Below are positions 24,535 through 37,670 of a stretch of 64,000 nt of DNA, in pieces (position 1 is the first letter of the stretch; each line of letters begins with the position of its first letter). Made by a program: the position numbers and the translations under genes. The notes beneath the pieces are model-generated. The model was not told where the DNA came from. It saw only the letters and a program-made list of their open reading frames with translations, and ran no database searches. Source of the stretch: Antechinus flavipes (lineage: Eukaryota); contig NC_067400.1 of NCBI RefSeq assembly GCF_016432865.1, forward strand, positions 381,548,001-381,612,000, in the 5' to 3' direction.

Positions 24535-25492
24535 TAAGACAACTCTGAAATACCACTACACACCTGTCAGATTGGCTAGAATGACAGGGAAAGATAATGC
24601 AGAATGTTGGAGGGGATGTAAGAAAACAGGGATACTGATACGTTGTTGGTGGAATTGTGAATACATCCAGCCATTCTGGAGAGCAATTTGGAATTATGCT
24701 CAAAAAGTTATCAAACTGCATACCCTTTGATCCAGCAGTGTTACTGTTGGGCTTATACCCCAAAGAGATCTTAAAGAAGGGATAGGGACCTGTGTGTGCA
24801 AGAACGTTTGTGGCAGCCCCTTTTTATAGTGGCCAGAAACTGGAAACTGAGTGGATGCCCATCAATTGGAGAATGTTGGGTTAATTGTGGTATATGAATG
24901 TTATGGAATATTATTGTTCTGTAAGAAATGACCAACAGGATGATTTCAGAAAGGCCTGGAAATACTTACATGAATTGATGCTAAGTGAAATGAGCAGGAC
25001 CAGGAGATCATTATATACTTTTACAACAATACTATATGATGATCAATTCTGATGGACCTGGCCATCCTCAGGAATGAGATGAACCAAATCAATTCCAATG
25101 GAGCAGTAATGAACTGAACCAGCTACACCCAGCAAAAAGAACTCTGGGAGATAACTAAGAACCATTACATAGAATTCCCAATCCGTATATTTTTGTCCAC
25201 CTGCATTTTTTATTTCCTTCCCAGGCTAATCGTACACTGTTTCAGAGTCCGATTCTTTTTGTACAGCAAAATAACTGTTTGGACATGTATACTTATTTTG
25301 AATTTAATTTATACTTTAACATATTTAACATGTATTGGTCAACCTGCCATCTAGGGGAGAAGTTAGGGGGAGGAGGGGAAAAATTGGAACAAAAGGTTTG
25401 GCAATTGTCAATGCTGTAAAATTACCCATGCATATAACTTGTAAATAAAAAGCTATTTAAAATTTTTTTAAAAATTTTTAAAAATCATTTAA
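24535..25492 (+). mobile_element. Young 5'-truncated dasyurid-type L1 with TSD
   Basis: ORF2 C-terminus (TTLKYHYTPVRLARM..CWRGC..HCWW-like) and complete 3' UTR with AATAAA; 17-bp TSD at 24518-24534 and 25493-25509 (1 mismatch). Confidence 0.92.
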
Positions 25493-26894
25493 AAAAAGAA
25501 AAATTTGATACATTTTTGCTACAAAAGGATATTGTAAGGTTCAAATGAACAAATGTATATAAAATACTTTGCAAACCTAAGCCCTATTGAAAGGTCCATT
25601 ACTATTATTATCAATGATAATAATTACTTTTATTATCAACTTATAGTCATTAGAATTCTAGTCTGGTGATAATTTCATTCTACTGCATTCCTGTTGAGTT
25701 CAAGTAATATTTACAGAGCTATACAGGGATGTACTGATAAACAAAGCTCTAGGGAGGTGGAGGAAATGTGTGCCTTTGCACTTCTAAGTTTAGTCTACCT
25801 TATTAACACTTTTTAAGTTCAGAAAATATATACAACAATAAATCAAGTCCTGATTTATAGCAATTGTCATTTCTAAGGTATAAATATTTTAAAATTTTAC
25901 AATTGGCTCATGATCTACTTAACAGCTGGCAGACTTCTATGCACCAGCTGATACAAAACGTGAGCAGAAAATTTAACTTGCAGATATAACAAATAATAGA
26001 ATTTCAGGGAAGTTAAATAAGTAAAATAATGAAGAAGAGATTCAATAATGAAATTCATTCTCTCATCTTTATAAGTGGATGTTTGAAAAAGGAGATTGAA
26101 ATGAAAAATAAAAGAAAAAACAGAGAAAGATCATCAAGTGATTAAAAAAAATACCTGAGTGTCTAAATAATGGGGGAAATTGAAATAATTATAAAAAGGG
26201 AAAGAAGAAAAAATAAATTAATATGCCATGGATTACATTCTAAGACTCCATATAAATGAATCAATTAATTTTGTAGGAGGGATAAGTGATACTTTAGACA
26301 AAAATGTGGGTATTTAATAGAGAGGAGCTGGAAATTCACACCATCCAAATCCACAGGTGAATAGTGAACAATTGAACAGATATGGTGTAAGAAGGGTATT
26401 TTATACCATTTTTTCTTACTATAATATGTAAACATATATCACTTCTGGATGCTTAATTAACAATGAGAATTTAATAAATAGGAACTCATGAACAATAGTA
26501 CTAGATATCATCTCTTATACTTCTATTACTTCATGAGGAACAGTAGATACTGCCCTCTGAGGATTCAATCTGGCAGAATCAGGAGAAGTTGGCAATTGGT
26601 TCCAGACCTTGTGTTACACTGGCCTTCAGAGTGAAGTGTGACCCTGATGAAAGTGGATAAGGGGTGAGATTGTATATCTTGTGGCACAGAGTGACTTCTA
26701 CCTTGATGTCACTGTTTCTATTAAAAATTGCTTCTCCTTGAATTAATATTTTTATGCTTAAAGCACAATAGGTAATTGTGAAGATGGGCAAAGAACTACA
26801 AATGCACAAACATAGAAATAGAGGAGAGATGTATAGTTAAGAAGTTCTATCTTAGGGACAGAGAAAATAGAGGGTACAAATATGATATAAAACA

Positions 26895-27008
26895 TAAAAT
26901 TTATATTATAATTATATTATATATTATATAATTATATTATAATAAATAAAATTTATATTATAATTATATTATATGTTATATAATTATATTATAATAAATA
27001 AAATTTAT
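26895..27008. repeat. AT-only tandem repeat, 52-bp unit, ~2.2 copies
   Basis: taaaatttatattataattatattatat.. recurs at 26895, 26947 and 26999. Confidence 0.85.
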
Positions 27009-27499
27009 AAGAAAGTAAAAGAGAAAAATGAAGGCAAAAGAGAGAAAAATCTTTTGGAAAAAGGTACAACAAAATATTATTTAAAATAAAAAGATTGGAA
27101 GGGAAGTTAGGGGAAAAACAAACATTTAACCACATGTTCATATGGGGAGAGAAAAATTAAGAGTTAAAAAGAGAGGCAATAGAAACAAAATCAAGAAAAA
27201 AAGAAATTAAAATTTAAATAAATTCAGGGAACTTGGATTAGAATAATCAGAAGAATTGGGATGGAGAGAGAGACACACACTATGGATATACTAGCAAATG
27301 AATAAGTGAAAGAAAATTCAAGTCTAATAATTCTAATTTTAAATATTAATATATTAAACTATTCAATAGTTACACTATCATGACTATTGATATTAACAAA
27401 TAAATTTTCTCCTATAGATCATTCTTCATCTCCTGCTTTCTGATTTTTTATTCCTATTCCCTTCTAACATTCCTCAATTTTTTCTACTCTTTATTTCAT

Positions 27500-29300
27500 A
27501 TCATCCAGATGCTTTATGTCAGTTGTCTCCTCCTTTTCATCTCTTCACATGCTGAGGTGACATTTTTTCTTGACAAAATCCCTACCATGTTCAAGTGATC
27601 CCATCACATCTTGTCTTTTCCAGCAGATTGCCCACCCTCTCAATTATCTTCAATGTCTCTCTATCTACTTCCTTACTGGAAACAAATATGGTTCATGTCT
27701 CCCTATTGTGAAAAGACCCTCACTTGATCCATTCATTCCTATCAACTATTAGTACAAATATTTTCCCCTTTATGTCTAAACTTCTTGGGAAGGCCTCCTG
27801 CAATATGTGCTTTCACATCCTCTTCTCATTCTAAACTTACAGTCTGAATTCCAACTTCATTATTCATTCTCTCTAAAGTTATTAAAGATTTCTTCATTGC
27901 CAAATCCCACGACTGTTTCTCAAACCTCATCTTTCTTGATCCTTCTCCAGTCTTTCCTCATGTTAATCAATCTATTATACTTTTGAGAGATTTTGGGGAC
28001 ACTACTTGCTTTTGGTTATTCTATATGAGCTCTTCTCAGTTTTAACCTTTAGCTCAGTAAAGTTCCAGGTCATATCTGTCAGTGATGGATGTTTCTGCCT
28101 TGGACCCTCTTTTCTTTTCTCTCTGTACGAGGGTCAGCAAACCCATTACCTGAAAGCCAAATTCAGTATGTCATATGGTTTTTGTGTGAGCCCCAAGCTT
28201 TAAACATATTTTATGTAAAACTTTTTACCTCTTGAACTGTACAAAAAACAGGTCATGATCAGTATGTGGTGCTTAGCCCCAGAGTTTGATAATCCTTGAA
28301 TGAATCTTTTCACCTGGTAGATCTCATCATCTCTCATAGATTCAATTATTATCTCTCTTAAAATTTTTAAATCCATTTATCCACATTTTACCAAACTCCA
28401 GACCTAGATTTCTAATTGTCTACTGGACATTTCCAATTGGATTCCTGGAGCAGTGTTAAATTTGATATTTCCAAAACTGAACTCTTCCCCCAAAACCTTT
28501 CCACTTCCTCACTTCCTAGTCACTCAAGGTTTACAAACTGGTTGTCATCTTTGATTCTTCATTCTCTACCCATTGATATCCAATCTGTTGCAACAGAGTG
28601 TCAATTTTTTCTTTCTACCACTTCTCACATAGACTTCCTTTTTCTGCCCTTGTATTAGCACCTGAACTCTGGTTCCTTATCTCCTCATCTAGACTAAGCT
28701 ACTTGCAACTCTAGGAATCCAAGTGAAGAATGGTTTGTTTGCAACAAGTATCTCCTCTTTCCAGCTACCAAAGTGATTTTTTTCTGATGCGCAATTCCAA
28801 CTATGTCCTGAAAACCACAATCCCCACACTCAATTCAATAAAATCTAGTAGCTCTAAATTATCTCCAGGATCAAACTAAAAACTCTTTAGTATTCAAAGC
28901 CCTTCATAACTTAGGTTTCCTCATTTTTATGGCCTTTTTTATATCTTATATACTTATTTTTTTTCTTGATCTATTGATACTTGTCTCCTTTTTGTTTCTC
29001 AAATAAGAAACCCCATCTATCAAATAAAGAAATTTATACTTATTGTTCTCTATGTATGGAATATTTTTTCTTCTAATCTTTGCCTTATGGATTTCCTGCC
29101 CCAAGTAAAATCCTACTTGCTACAAGAATCCTTTCCTAATCTCTCTTAATTCTAGTGCTTCTTTTCTGTTGATTATTTCCTATTATTTACAATAGTTTGT
29201 ACAACCTTGTTCATTTGTTCATATCTTCTCTCCTCCAATAGATTGCAAGCTTCTTACAAGCAGGGATGGTCTTTTGATTTTCCTTGTGTCTTTAGCACAT
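27500..29300 (+). mobile_element. Long degenerate L2
   Basis: Pyrimidine-rich L2 ORF2 and 3' end; 28400-29110 is paralogous to 42370-43060. Confidence 0.75.
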
Positions 29301-30146
29301 GGAGTCATTACTATAAATCAGATGGATTTACAAATGAATTTAAAAATTAATGAACATTTTCCTCATCAAATTCTGCTAAAGAATCAAGAAAGAAAATAAT
29401 CTGTTCAGCTCCTTTTTGAAATGAATATAACCTTAAGAACTAAATTAAGAAAGAGTAAAAGAAACAAAACCATATTTCAATATAAATAATCAATAAGCAT
29501 TTATTAAGTTCTTAGGTACTTTCTAAGCCACTAAGTATTTAAAGAAAGTATAAGAAACCATTTCCTCTCTGAAAGAGCTAACAGTTTATCATGGAAGCAA
29601 ATATATATAAATGATACAACATTTTCAAGTATTCTAGCAAAAAGATTGGAGCAATCTAGTCAAATCAATATCCATCACAACTAAGTTAGATTTGCTCATA
29701 TAAGGATGGTTTAACATTAGGAAAACATTAAGGACACAAGGAAAGGAAAACAACCAACATTATCAATCATATTAAAAAGGAAAAAAAACTTCAAACAGTC
29801 TGATTAAATCTATAGATATTGAAAAAAAATCCTTTAACCCAAACAGCTCACTGATATAAAAAGCTCACAAAAGTATGGAAAACCCTAAAACCTTTAAAAT
29901 AAATCTAAAAATGGCACATTTTAGCATTCTATGTGCACATATTGTATATACACTATATAACATCATCTATATAATTATATGTATATATACATGTGTAAAT
30001 ATAGATGTAAATATCAATACAGAATAAAGAGCATATAACAGAGTGTTTCCATTTGTGTGTATGTAATAAAACACATCTCCTTTTTGTCTCTCTCTCTCTC
30101 TTTTTTTTTTTTTATGAAGACATACTTCAAACTTTCTAACACATGC

Positions 30147-30425
30147 AGGAAAACACTTAGGTGGTACAGTGGATAGAGCACCTAACTTGGAGTCAGGAAG
30201 ACTTAAATTCATATCCAGTCCCAGACATTGTGACTCTGGGCAAATTAACTTCACCTCTGTTTACCTCAGTTTCCGCATCTGTAAAATGGGGATAATATTA
30301 GCACACCTACCTTGTCAGATTATTGTGAAGATCAAATGAGATAATTTCACAGCACTTAGCACAATGCCTAGCACATAGAAAAAACTGCTTATATGTTTAC
30401 TATTAGTTATCATTATTATTACTAT
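30147..30425 (+). mobile_element. CORE-SINE (MAR/MIR-type)
   Basis: taggtggtacagtggatagagc head, CORE, (TTA)n-like tail. Confidence 0.8.
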
Positions 30426-30861
30426 TATTTTCTTTCCTCATTACATTGTAGGCTTCAAGAAGACAGGAATTATTTTTCTTTTATATTTGTATTCCTAGTC
30501 CTTAATCCAGTGCTTGACGCATGATAAACACTTAAAAGATGTTGATTGATTAATTGAAATATTATGGATTTATCTAAGCAATTTATTCATGTAGAAGTTC
30601 TATCCAATATCACCTGATTAATAAATAACAGACAAACATCTTCAATTCAAGTTTTCTCTTACTTCAAGCTCAGTACTTAATACCAGCTGCTTTTCTGATC
30701 CTACTCTTCTTTACTCTTTGGTAAATGACTTAACCTCACCAATCCTATAAATAGAGATGCAAATAAAATAATTGAGAGGAAATTAATTTAGAAGTAAAAG
30801 TGACATGTAAATGAAAAGGATGACCATTTGTTAGTTATTTGTTTTATGATAATTAGCTCTT

Positions 30862-30910
30862 GGGGGAGCCAAGATGGCAAAAAAGGCAAGTATTCACTTG
30901 AATTACACCA
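30862..30910 (+). mobile_element. L1 5' terminus
   Basis: GGGGGAGCCAAGATGGC, the canonical L1 5' start with YY1-type AAGATGGC. Confidence 0.65.
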
Positions 30911-30914
30911 TTAT

Positions 30915-31119
30915 ATCACATTAAGTATCACACTAAGTATGTACTTAGCTAGAGAATCATTATCTCATCAATCATACTTGTACCAGGCCTGAAATTTGAA
31001 AGAGTGTACTTGCATCTAAGACTTGTATTCAGGCTGATCCCAGGCCTATCAGAGAGCTAGCCCAGATATTATACATACTGAGTCTTAAGTATACTTTCTC
31101 AGAGTTCTGGCCCTCTACA
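30915..31119 (-). mobile_element. Truncated ERV LTR (5' part)
   Basis: Minus strand starts TGTAGAGGGCCAGAACTCTGAG, resembling dasyurid LTR starts as I recall them. Confidence 0.5.
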
Positions 31120-31199
31120 TGATTCATTCCTTTTTTGGAACTTCATTATCAGATTTTCATTAGACAAGGATTGGGAGTAATTCTGCTATATCTTGATGA

Positions 31200-32604
31200 T
31201 CTTGAAAAAAAATGTAAAAGAGGGGAAGAGGAATTCAGTAAGAGGGAAGAAAAAGGGACAAAAAGATTAGGGAAATTTGTCTAATCCAAGTGCACGAGTA
31301 GCTGAAAATATATATTTGTGTAGGTACACAAGCCAGGTGGAGAAGGAAAGAATGTGGAAAATGGCTGACACTTGAATCTCACTCTCCTCTAAACTTGACT
31401 ATACACTGACACAGTTAGAAATAAAATGAATTTCACTCAACAGGTAAATAGGAATAAAACTCCCTATTTGATGAAAACTGCTGGAAAAACTGGAAAAACA
31501 ATATAGCATCAACTAGACAAAAACTGATATCTCACACCATATACCAACATAAGATCAAAATGGGTACATGCTTTAAACATAAAGGATGATACCCTAAGGA
31601 AATTAGTAGAGCAAGGGATAGTCTACCTATCAGGATGTATGGGAAAGGGAAGAATTTCTGATCATAAAAGAGAGAGAGCATTACAAAGTGCAAAATAGAT
31701 AAATTGATTATATGATATTGAAAAGTTTTTGTACAAACAAAACCAATGCAACCCAGATTAGAAGAAAGCCAGAAAGTGGGAAAACAATCTTTATATAGCA
31801 AGTGTCTTTATTATTTATAAGAATTCAAGCTGTTCTCCAATTAATAAATATTTAAAGGATATGAATAGGAAGTTTGCAGATGAAGAAATTAAAACTATTT
31901 ATAGGTATATGAGAAAGTACTCTAAATCACTTTTCATAAGAGTAATACAAATCAAAGGAACTCTGAGATTCCAGCTAACACCTATCAGACCAGTTATAAC
32001 TAAAAAGGAAAATGTTAAATGTTGAAGAGGATGTGGTAAAACTGGGAAACAAATGAACTGTTGGTGGAGTTATAAACTGATCCAATCATTGTAGAAAGCA
32101 ATTTGGAACTATGCTCAAAGGGCAGCCTAACTGTGCTTACCCTTGGATCCAGCAGTACCACTCCTAAGTCTGCATTCCAAAGATATCATAAAAAAGGGAA
32201 AAGGACCTAAATGTACAAATATATTTATAGCAACCCTTTTTGTGGTGGCAAATTATTAGAAACTGAAGGGATGACTATCAATTGAGGAATGGTAGAACAA
32301 ACAATAGAATATGAATGTTATGGAATACTATTCTGTAATAAATAATTCACAGATATATTTCAGAAAAACTTGGAAAGACTTACAAACTGATGCAATGTGA
32401 AATGAGAAAAACATTGTACAGAGTATCAGCAACATTATGTATGTGTGCATATACATATGTGTGTGTATACATATATATATAGATATGATCAAAACATACT
32501 ATTGTTTTCTTTACTAACTTTATTCTTTTTGTGTTTTTTCTTTTGATCAGTTTCTTCTTTCATAATTGTGACTACTATGACAATATGTTTTATATGATAA
32601 TATG

Positions 32605-32647
<43 letters not shown>

Positions 32648-32763
32648 ATTGCCTGCCATTTTAGGAAGAAAGAATGAAAGAAAAATTTGGAATTCAAAAT
32701 CTTGTAAAAATGAATAATAAAAATTGTCTTGACATGTAATTGGGAAAACATCCTATTAAAAAC
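31200..32763 (+). mobile_element. Fragmented L1 (inter-ORF region, ORF2 3', 3' UTR)
   Basis: ORF2 C-terminal sequence (gttggtggagtt..aactgatcc, ccttggatccagcagtacc) and 3' UTR. Confidence 0.8.
32608..32645. repeat. (CA)n microsatellite
   Basis: About 19 pure units. Confidence 0.98.
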
Positions 32764-33684
32764 ATAGTCAATGGGGGTAGAGGAGAAAAATCTCTCTTCT
32801 TCAGTTGCATTTTCCAAAATGTTCAAGGGAAAACTGGGAGGTGGGAATGATCTTTAAGAATAAGAAGCTTGATATTTTACAAAGATGAATACAAATTGTT
32901 GAGCACAGTCCCAAAAGAAAGAACTTATAGAAATACATGGAAATTATATAGCACTAAATTTAGATTTGTAAGGAGAAAAAAGAAACTTATTAATAATTAG
33001 ACAGCTAAAAATAGTGGAATGGATTGCCTTGAGAAGAAATTCTTCCACCCTGGAGAACTTAGAGAAAAGATTGAATGTAGAGATTTTGCATCTTGTTCAA
33101 ATTTTGACTAGTTTAGATAATATCTATTGTTCTTTTTCACTCTTTGATTTTGTGCCTGAGTTCAATGATTAGTAGCAACAATGTGTCTATCATATTGGTA
33201 ACTGTGTTAATAGTGGTATTTCTGGTAGATGGAAGAATTCAGTTTCTGTATGGGTCATGATCATGGTCACCCCTACTCCAAGGAAGCTGCATATACTGAA
33301 ACTTTTCTATGCTCAAGAGATGAGACTAGAAAGGTTTCATTTCTAGAAAGAAACTAGAAAGGTTCACAAACATGAAATAACAGTAAGAATAAAGAACTTT
33401 GCTTCCTGTTGTCTGGAGCTGGCACCTCTTCTGGCTGTAACTAAAAATTGTTTCTACTGAAAAAAAAAAAGAGGAATCATTAAAAAGACTAAGAATCCAA
33501 TACTTTATGTTTATCCTTTTATGGAAAATATTGCAAATATATTTATCAAGAAAAGACTTCCTATATCATTTAAGCATAACTGCAGAAAGAATTATTTATA
33601 AAAGCTTATTTTTCTTAATGGATCATTCATGATATAAATAAAATATATGTGTGTGGGTCATCAATAATCCAATATAGTTTAAAC

Positions 33685-33949
33685 GTGTAAACACTTAAAT
33701 CTTAGTTGTTTTGCCTCTTGTTTTCCTAGCACCAGGAGAATTCAAAGCAATCCCATCCCATGTGGGATGAAAGCAATTTAGATTCATATATTTTAGGTGT
33801 GTGTGGGGTGAGACTGCTTTCATTATTATTCATTTGGAGTTTGGTCTTAGAAGGACTCTTCATTAGAAAGAAGCACCTTCTCTCTTTCAATATTTTTCTA
33901 GGTTTTGAAATGAACTTCCTGATCCAGAGTTTACAACTAGCAGGTCAGT
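33685..33949 (+). promoter_or_regulatory. Candidate promoter and non-coding first exon of paralogue B
   Basis: Second copy of the module; donor GT at 33944. Confidence 0.55.
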
Positions 33950-36096
33950 AGCAAAAAACTGGGAAAACTCTCATTTAACCTAACCCTAACCCTAAATTTT
34001 TATTTATTTTGTTAAATTTCCTCTTACTACTTTTTATTTGTTAGTATTAAAATATTTTAAAATTCAATTTTAGTTTCATATTGTTTCCCTTTCACATTCC
34101 ACTCTCTCATCCATGAAGAAGGCAAGAAAAATAGATTCTACTACAAACATGTATAGTCATACAAAAAAAACCTTCTGCATTCATGATGTTAAAAACAGAT
34201 ATTTCTAGCTATTGTCACCAATTTACATTGGATAGCACTTAACCTCTTTCAATTTCAGTTCTTAAATTTGCTTAATCAGATGAAGCTAGATGGGCTAAAA
34301 GGCTCAAAATTCTATTTCAACTCTCATTGTCTAGGAACTGATCTAGATATCTTTTGAACCACTGATATTTCCAATTAATATAATTTCTTAAGAAAACGAC
34401 TTTCAGAAAATTAAGCATACCCATTGTATAAAGTTTGATTTATTTTATTATTTTGATTTGATTTGATTCTAATTTGAGGAGGTTATATCCAGCATATCAC
34501 AGAGTATATGTAAAGATTTAACTTCAAAGACTTAACCTATTTTTTCCATAAATTTATGGATGTTGTTCTATCTCTTCTTAGCTATCACACCTCCCTGGAT
34601 AATTTTTTAGTCTCTCCTTGGAAACCAGATTCAACAATACTTAATGAACTCTAGTTTTATACATGCCTTTTAGCTCCAATATATTAATCTTTACTTACAG
34701 CAAATCAGACTCAGAGCACAGAATCCCAAGGAGAGGTATCATGTAGCTTTCCACAAAGACAAGATATTGGTTTCTGTTTGTTTACTTTCTGAATCATATC
34801 AACTAATATATTCAGGCACTCAAGATTATAATAATTTTTTATTTAATACACATTTATAACATTTGTTCAATTCTTTAATGTGTATAAGCTATTTTTTCTC
34901 ATACAAATAGTGTCCATATTATAATTGTTATTATCTTTATTTTTTATGAGACCCTGAATAAGAAATGCTGAAGTCAGAAAACTCAGGTACATGGTACAAA
35001 ATTTTCTAGATCCCTTTTCTATGTCACAACTGATGTCTCAGAAGCCTTTGTCTTACTTATAAAAAGAGTTTAGAATGTTTCCTCTTTAATATTCTATCTA
35101 TATTTGCAGACATTCATCTCTCTCATGAATTTTTTCAGCATTTCAGTGTCACATATAAAATTAAATATTGTGCCTCATACTTTGCAATTTCAGATATTTT
35201 ATCAATTATACATATACATATGTACATCAATTACATATATATAGATATTTTATCAATTATATTTGTGCATATATACATATACATATATATATAATTTTTT
35301 TTGATCCAAGACTCCATGAGATGAGAAAACATAACAGAAGTTTGCAATTGCTAATTGTGCATAGAATTCACAATATTATAGAAGAATTTGATGAAAAGAT
35401 CAGGAGAATAAAAGAAACTAATGAATTGGTGACTCAGTTAAATCTTTGTAAAATGCAAATTCCTAGTAATTTACAACCCATAATATGAAGCTTTTTTTTT
35501 GGGGGGGGGGGAAGTCCTCTCTTCATATAGAAGGGTGACAATAGTGCTCTTTCTTCTTCTTCCTCCCTTCTCTTTCCAACTAGTTCTCTGGTACATCATT
35601 GTCAATGTATTTCCCTTCTTCTTCCAAATTCCTCCCAATGCTTTTGCATGTCTTCAGTAATACCACACAGTGGTATCTTAAGAATCTTAAGAATCTCCCC
35701 ACACAGTGTCTGAAAAATCTGTAGAAATCTTTTTGTGCCCCATCTTTCCCAGTGAGGGGCATACATTCCAAATCTTTTCTTTGGCTCTAGTCAGAAAAGT
35801 TTGTATTTATTTCTACATTTTGTATTCTATCTTTATGGCACAGCTTCTTTCTCAAGAGAAGTATTTTGACTTATCTTTTGAAGAAAAATGAAAAGAATTC
35901 TTGACAAGAAAGTTTGATTAGTATTCTGGAAGGAGTGAAGTATTCCAGAACTGATGAAAAATCAAATGTATCAGAGATGGTAGAAATGACTGTGGCTATA
36001 ATCCTTCTCAGATGTTATACATTGTAAATAATTATTAATTTATTTGTTTTATTATTTGTTGCCTTGTTAATAAATTGCATAAAATAAATTGATGCT

Positions 36097-36265
36097 GGGG
36101 GCAGCTAGGTGGTGCAGTGGATAGAGCACTAACCCTGAAATCAGGAGGATCTGAGCTCAAATTTGACCTCAGACACTTACTTCCTGGCTATGTGACTCTG
36201 GGCAAGTCACTTAACACTAATTGCCTCAGCCAAAAAAAAAAAAAAAAACCCAAAAAAACCCCCAA
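36097..36265 (+). mobile_element. WSINE1-type SINE with TSD, specific to unit B
   Basis: ggggcagctaggtggtgcagtggatagagcac..ttgcctcagcc(A)n; 11-bp TSD AAATTGATGCT at 36086-36096 and 36266-36276. Confidence 0.92.
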
Positions 36266-36702
36266 AAATTGATGCTTATTTTAGTTTAGAAAATTAGGAA
36301 ACAATACTGAGATGAGCAAAAAGTAATGGAAAAATATTTCTCTTGTATATTTAATAAATAACATTATTCAACTGGGGTAGTGGTCTAGAATTAATTAAGT
36401 ACTGACAGTTGTTCCAATGTTAGTTGAGACAATATTTAAAAAAAAACAAACCTTCATTGACTTAGAACCTAACAGGAGAGTAAATAAGGAAAATGTATGT
36501 GTAGAAGGTGAAAGAAGTGGTGATCATATAGAACAATAACTCTTATCCCCTGCTACAATTTCAGATGTAGGTTTTTTTTTCTTCAAGATAGTGTAAAATT
36601 CTTAAGTCCAGTAAGAATTTTCTAAAAATTTTCTCTTTTTATTTCCAATGCTTAATACAATGATTAATATCAATTTAAAATGCTTTTCAATTAATTGAAT
36701 GA

Positions 36703-36717
36703 TTTTTCCTTCTTTAG
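36703..36717 (+). promoter_or_regulatory. Splice acceptor of paralogue B coding exon
   Basis: tttttccttctttag, AG at 36716-36717, 20 nt before the ATG. Confidence 0.75.
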
Positions 36718-36737
36718 GAAAAGATTCTGTTATCTAA

Positions 36738-37670
36738 ATGGAAATGCAGAATGAGAGCTTTGTGGCAACATTCATCCTCACAGGGATTCCCCATACACCA
36801 GACCTGGGGACCACTCTCTTTGCAATCTTCTTAGTGATTTATGCTTTCACTTTGATGGGGAACCTCCTCATTTTACTGCTCATCAAGGTGGACTCCCACC
36901 TCTGCACTCCTATGTACTATTTCCTGGCCAACCTCTCTTTCATCGACATGTGGTTCTCTACTGTCACTGTGCCCAAGATACTTATGGGTCTCCTCTCCCC
37001 AGATGGTGGAGTCATCTCATTTCATAGCTGTGTAGCCCAGCTCTATTTCTTTCATGGTCTGGGAAGTACTGAGTGTTTTCTCTACACAGTCATGTCCTAT
37101 GACCGCTACTTGGCCATCACTTATCCCCTGCGCTATGCTACCATGATGAATGGGAAAACCTGTGCCCTTCTAGCTGGAAGCACATGGCTCAGTGGTGCTA
37201 TCCATTCAGCAGCCCAGACTGCCTTGACCTTCCGTCTTCCCTACTGTGGTCCCAATCAGATAGAGCATTATGTTTGTGATGCACCACCCATTCTCAAATT
37301 AGCCTGTGCAGACACTTCAGTCAATGAGATGGTGATCTTTGTTAACATTGGTGTAGTAGCTTCTGGATGTTGCTTCATGATTTTTCTTTCCTATGTTTTC
37401 ATTGTTCGTGCTATCCTGAGGATCCACACAGCAGATGGCAGACACAAAGCCTTTCAAACTTGTGTTTCCCATTGCATTGTGGTCCTTTGTTTCTTTGTTC
37501 CTGGACTCATCATCTATCTAAGACCAGGCTCAAAACATGTTATGGATAATATTATAACCATTTTCCAAACAATGATCACACCCATGCTGAATCCCTTGGT
37601 ATACACATTAAGGAACAAGGAAGTAAAGATGGCTTTGATGAGGTTGAAAGATAGAAGAAATTTTTTATAG
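36738..37670 (+). CDS. Olfactory receptor, OR10G4/7/8/9-like paralogue B (310 aa, intact)
   Basis: Same motif set; closest to A in the 3' half and in flanking DNA. Confidence 0.95.
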   Translation: MEMQNESFVATFILTGIPHTPDLGTTLFAIFLVIYAFTLMGNLLILLLIKVDSHLCTPMYYFLANLSFIDMWFSTVTVPKILMGLLSPDGGVISFHSCVAQLYFFHGLGSTECFLYTVMSYDRYLAITYPLRYATMMNGKTCALLAGSTWLSGAIHSAAQTALTFRLPYCGPNQIEHYVCDAPPILKLACADTSVNEMVIFVNIGVVASGCCFMIFLSYVFIVRAILRIHTADGRHKAFQTCVSHCIVVLCFFVPGLIIYLRPGSKHVMDNIITIFQTMITPMLNPLVYTLRNKEVKMALMRLKDRRNFL

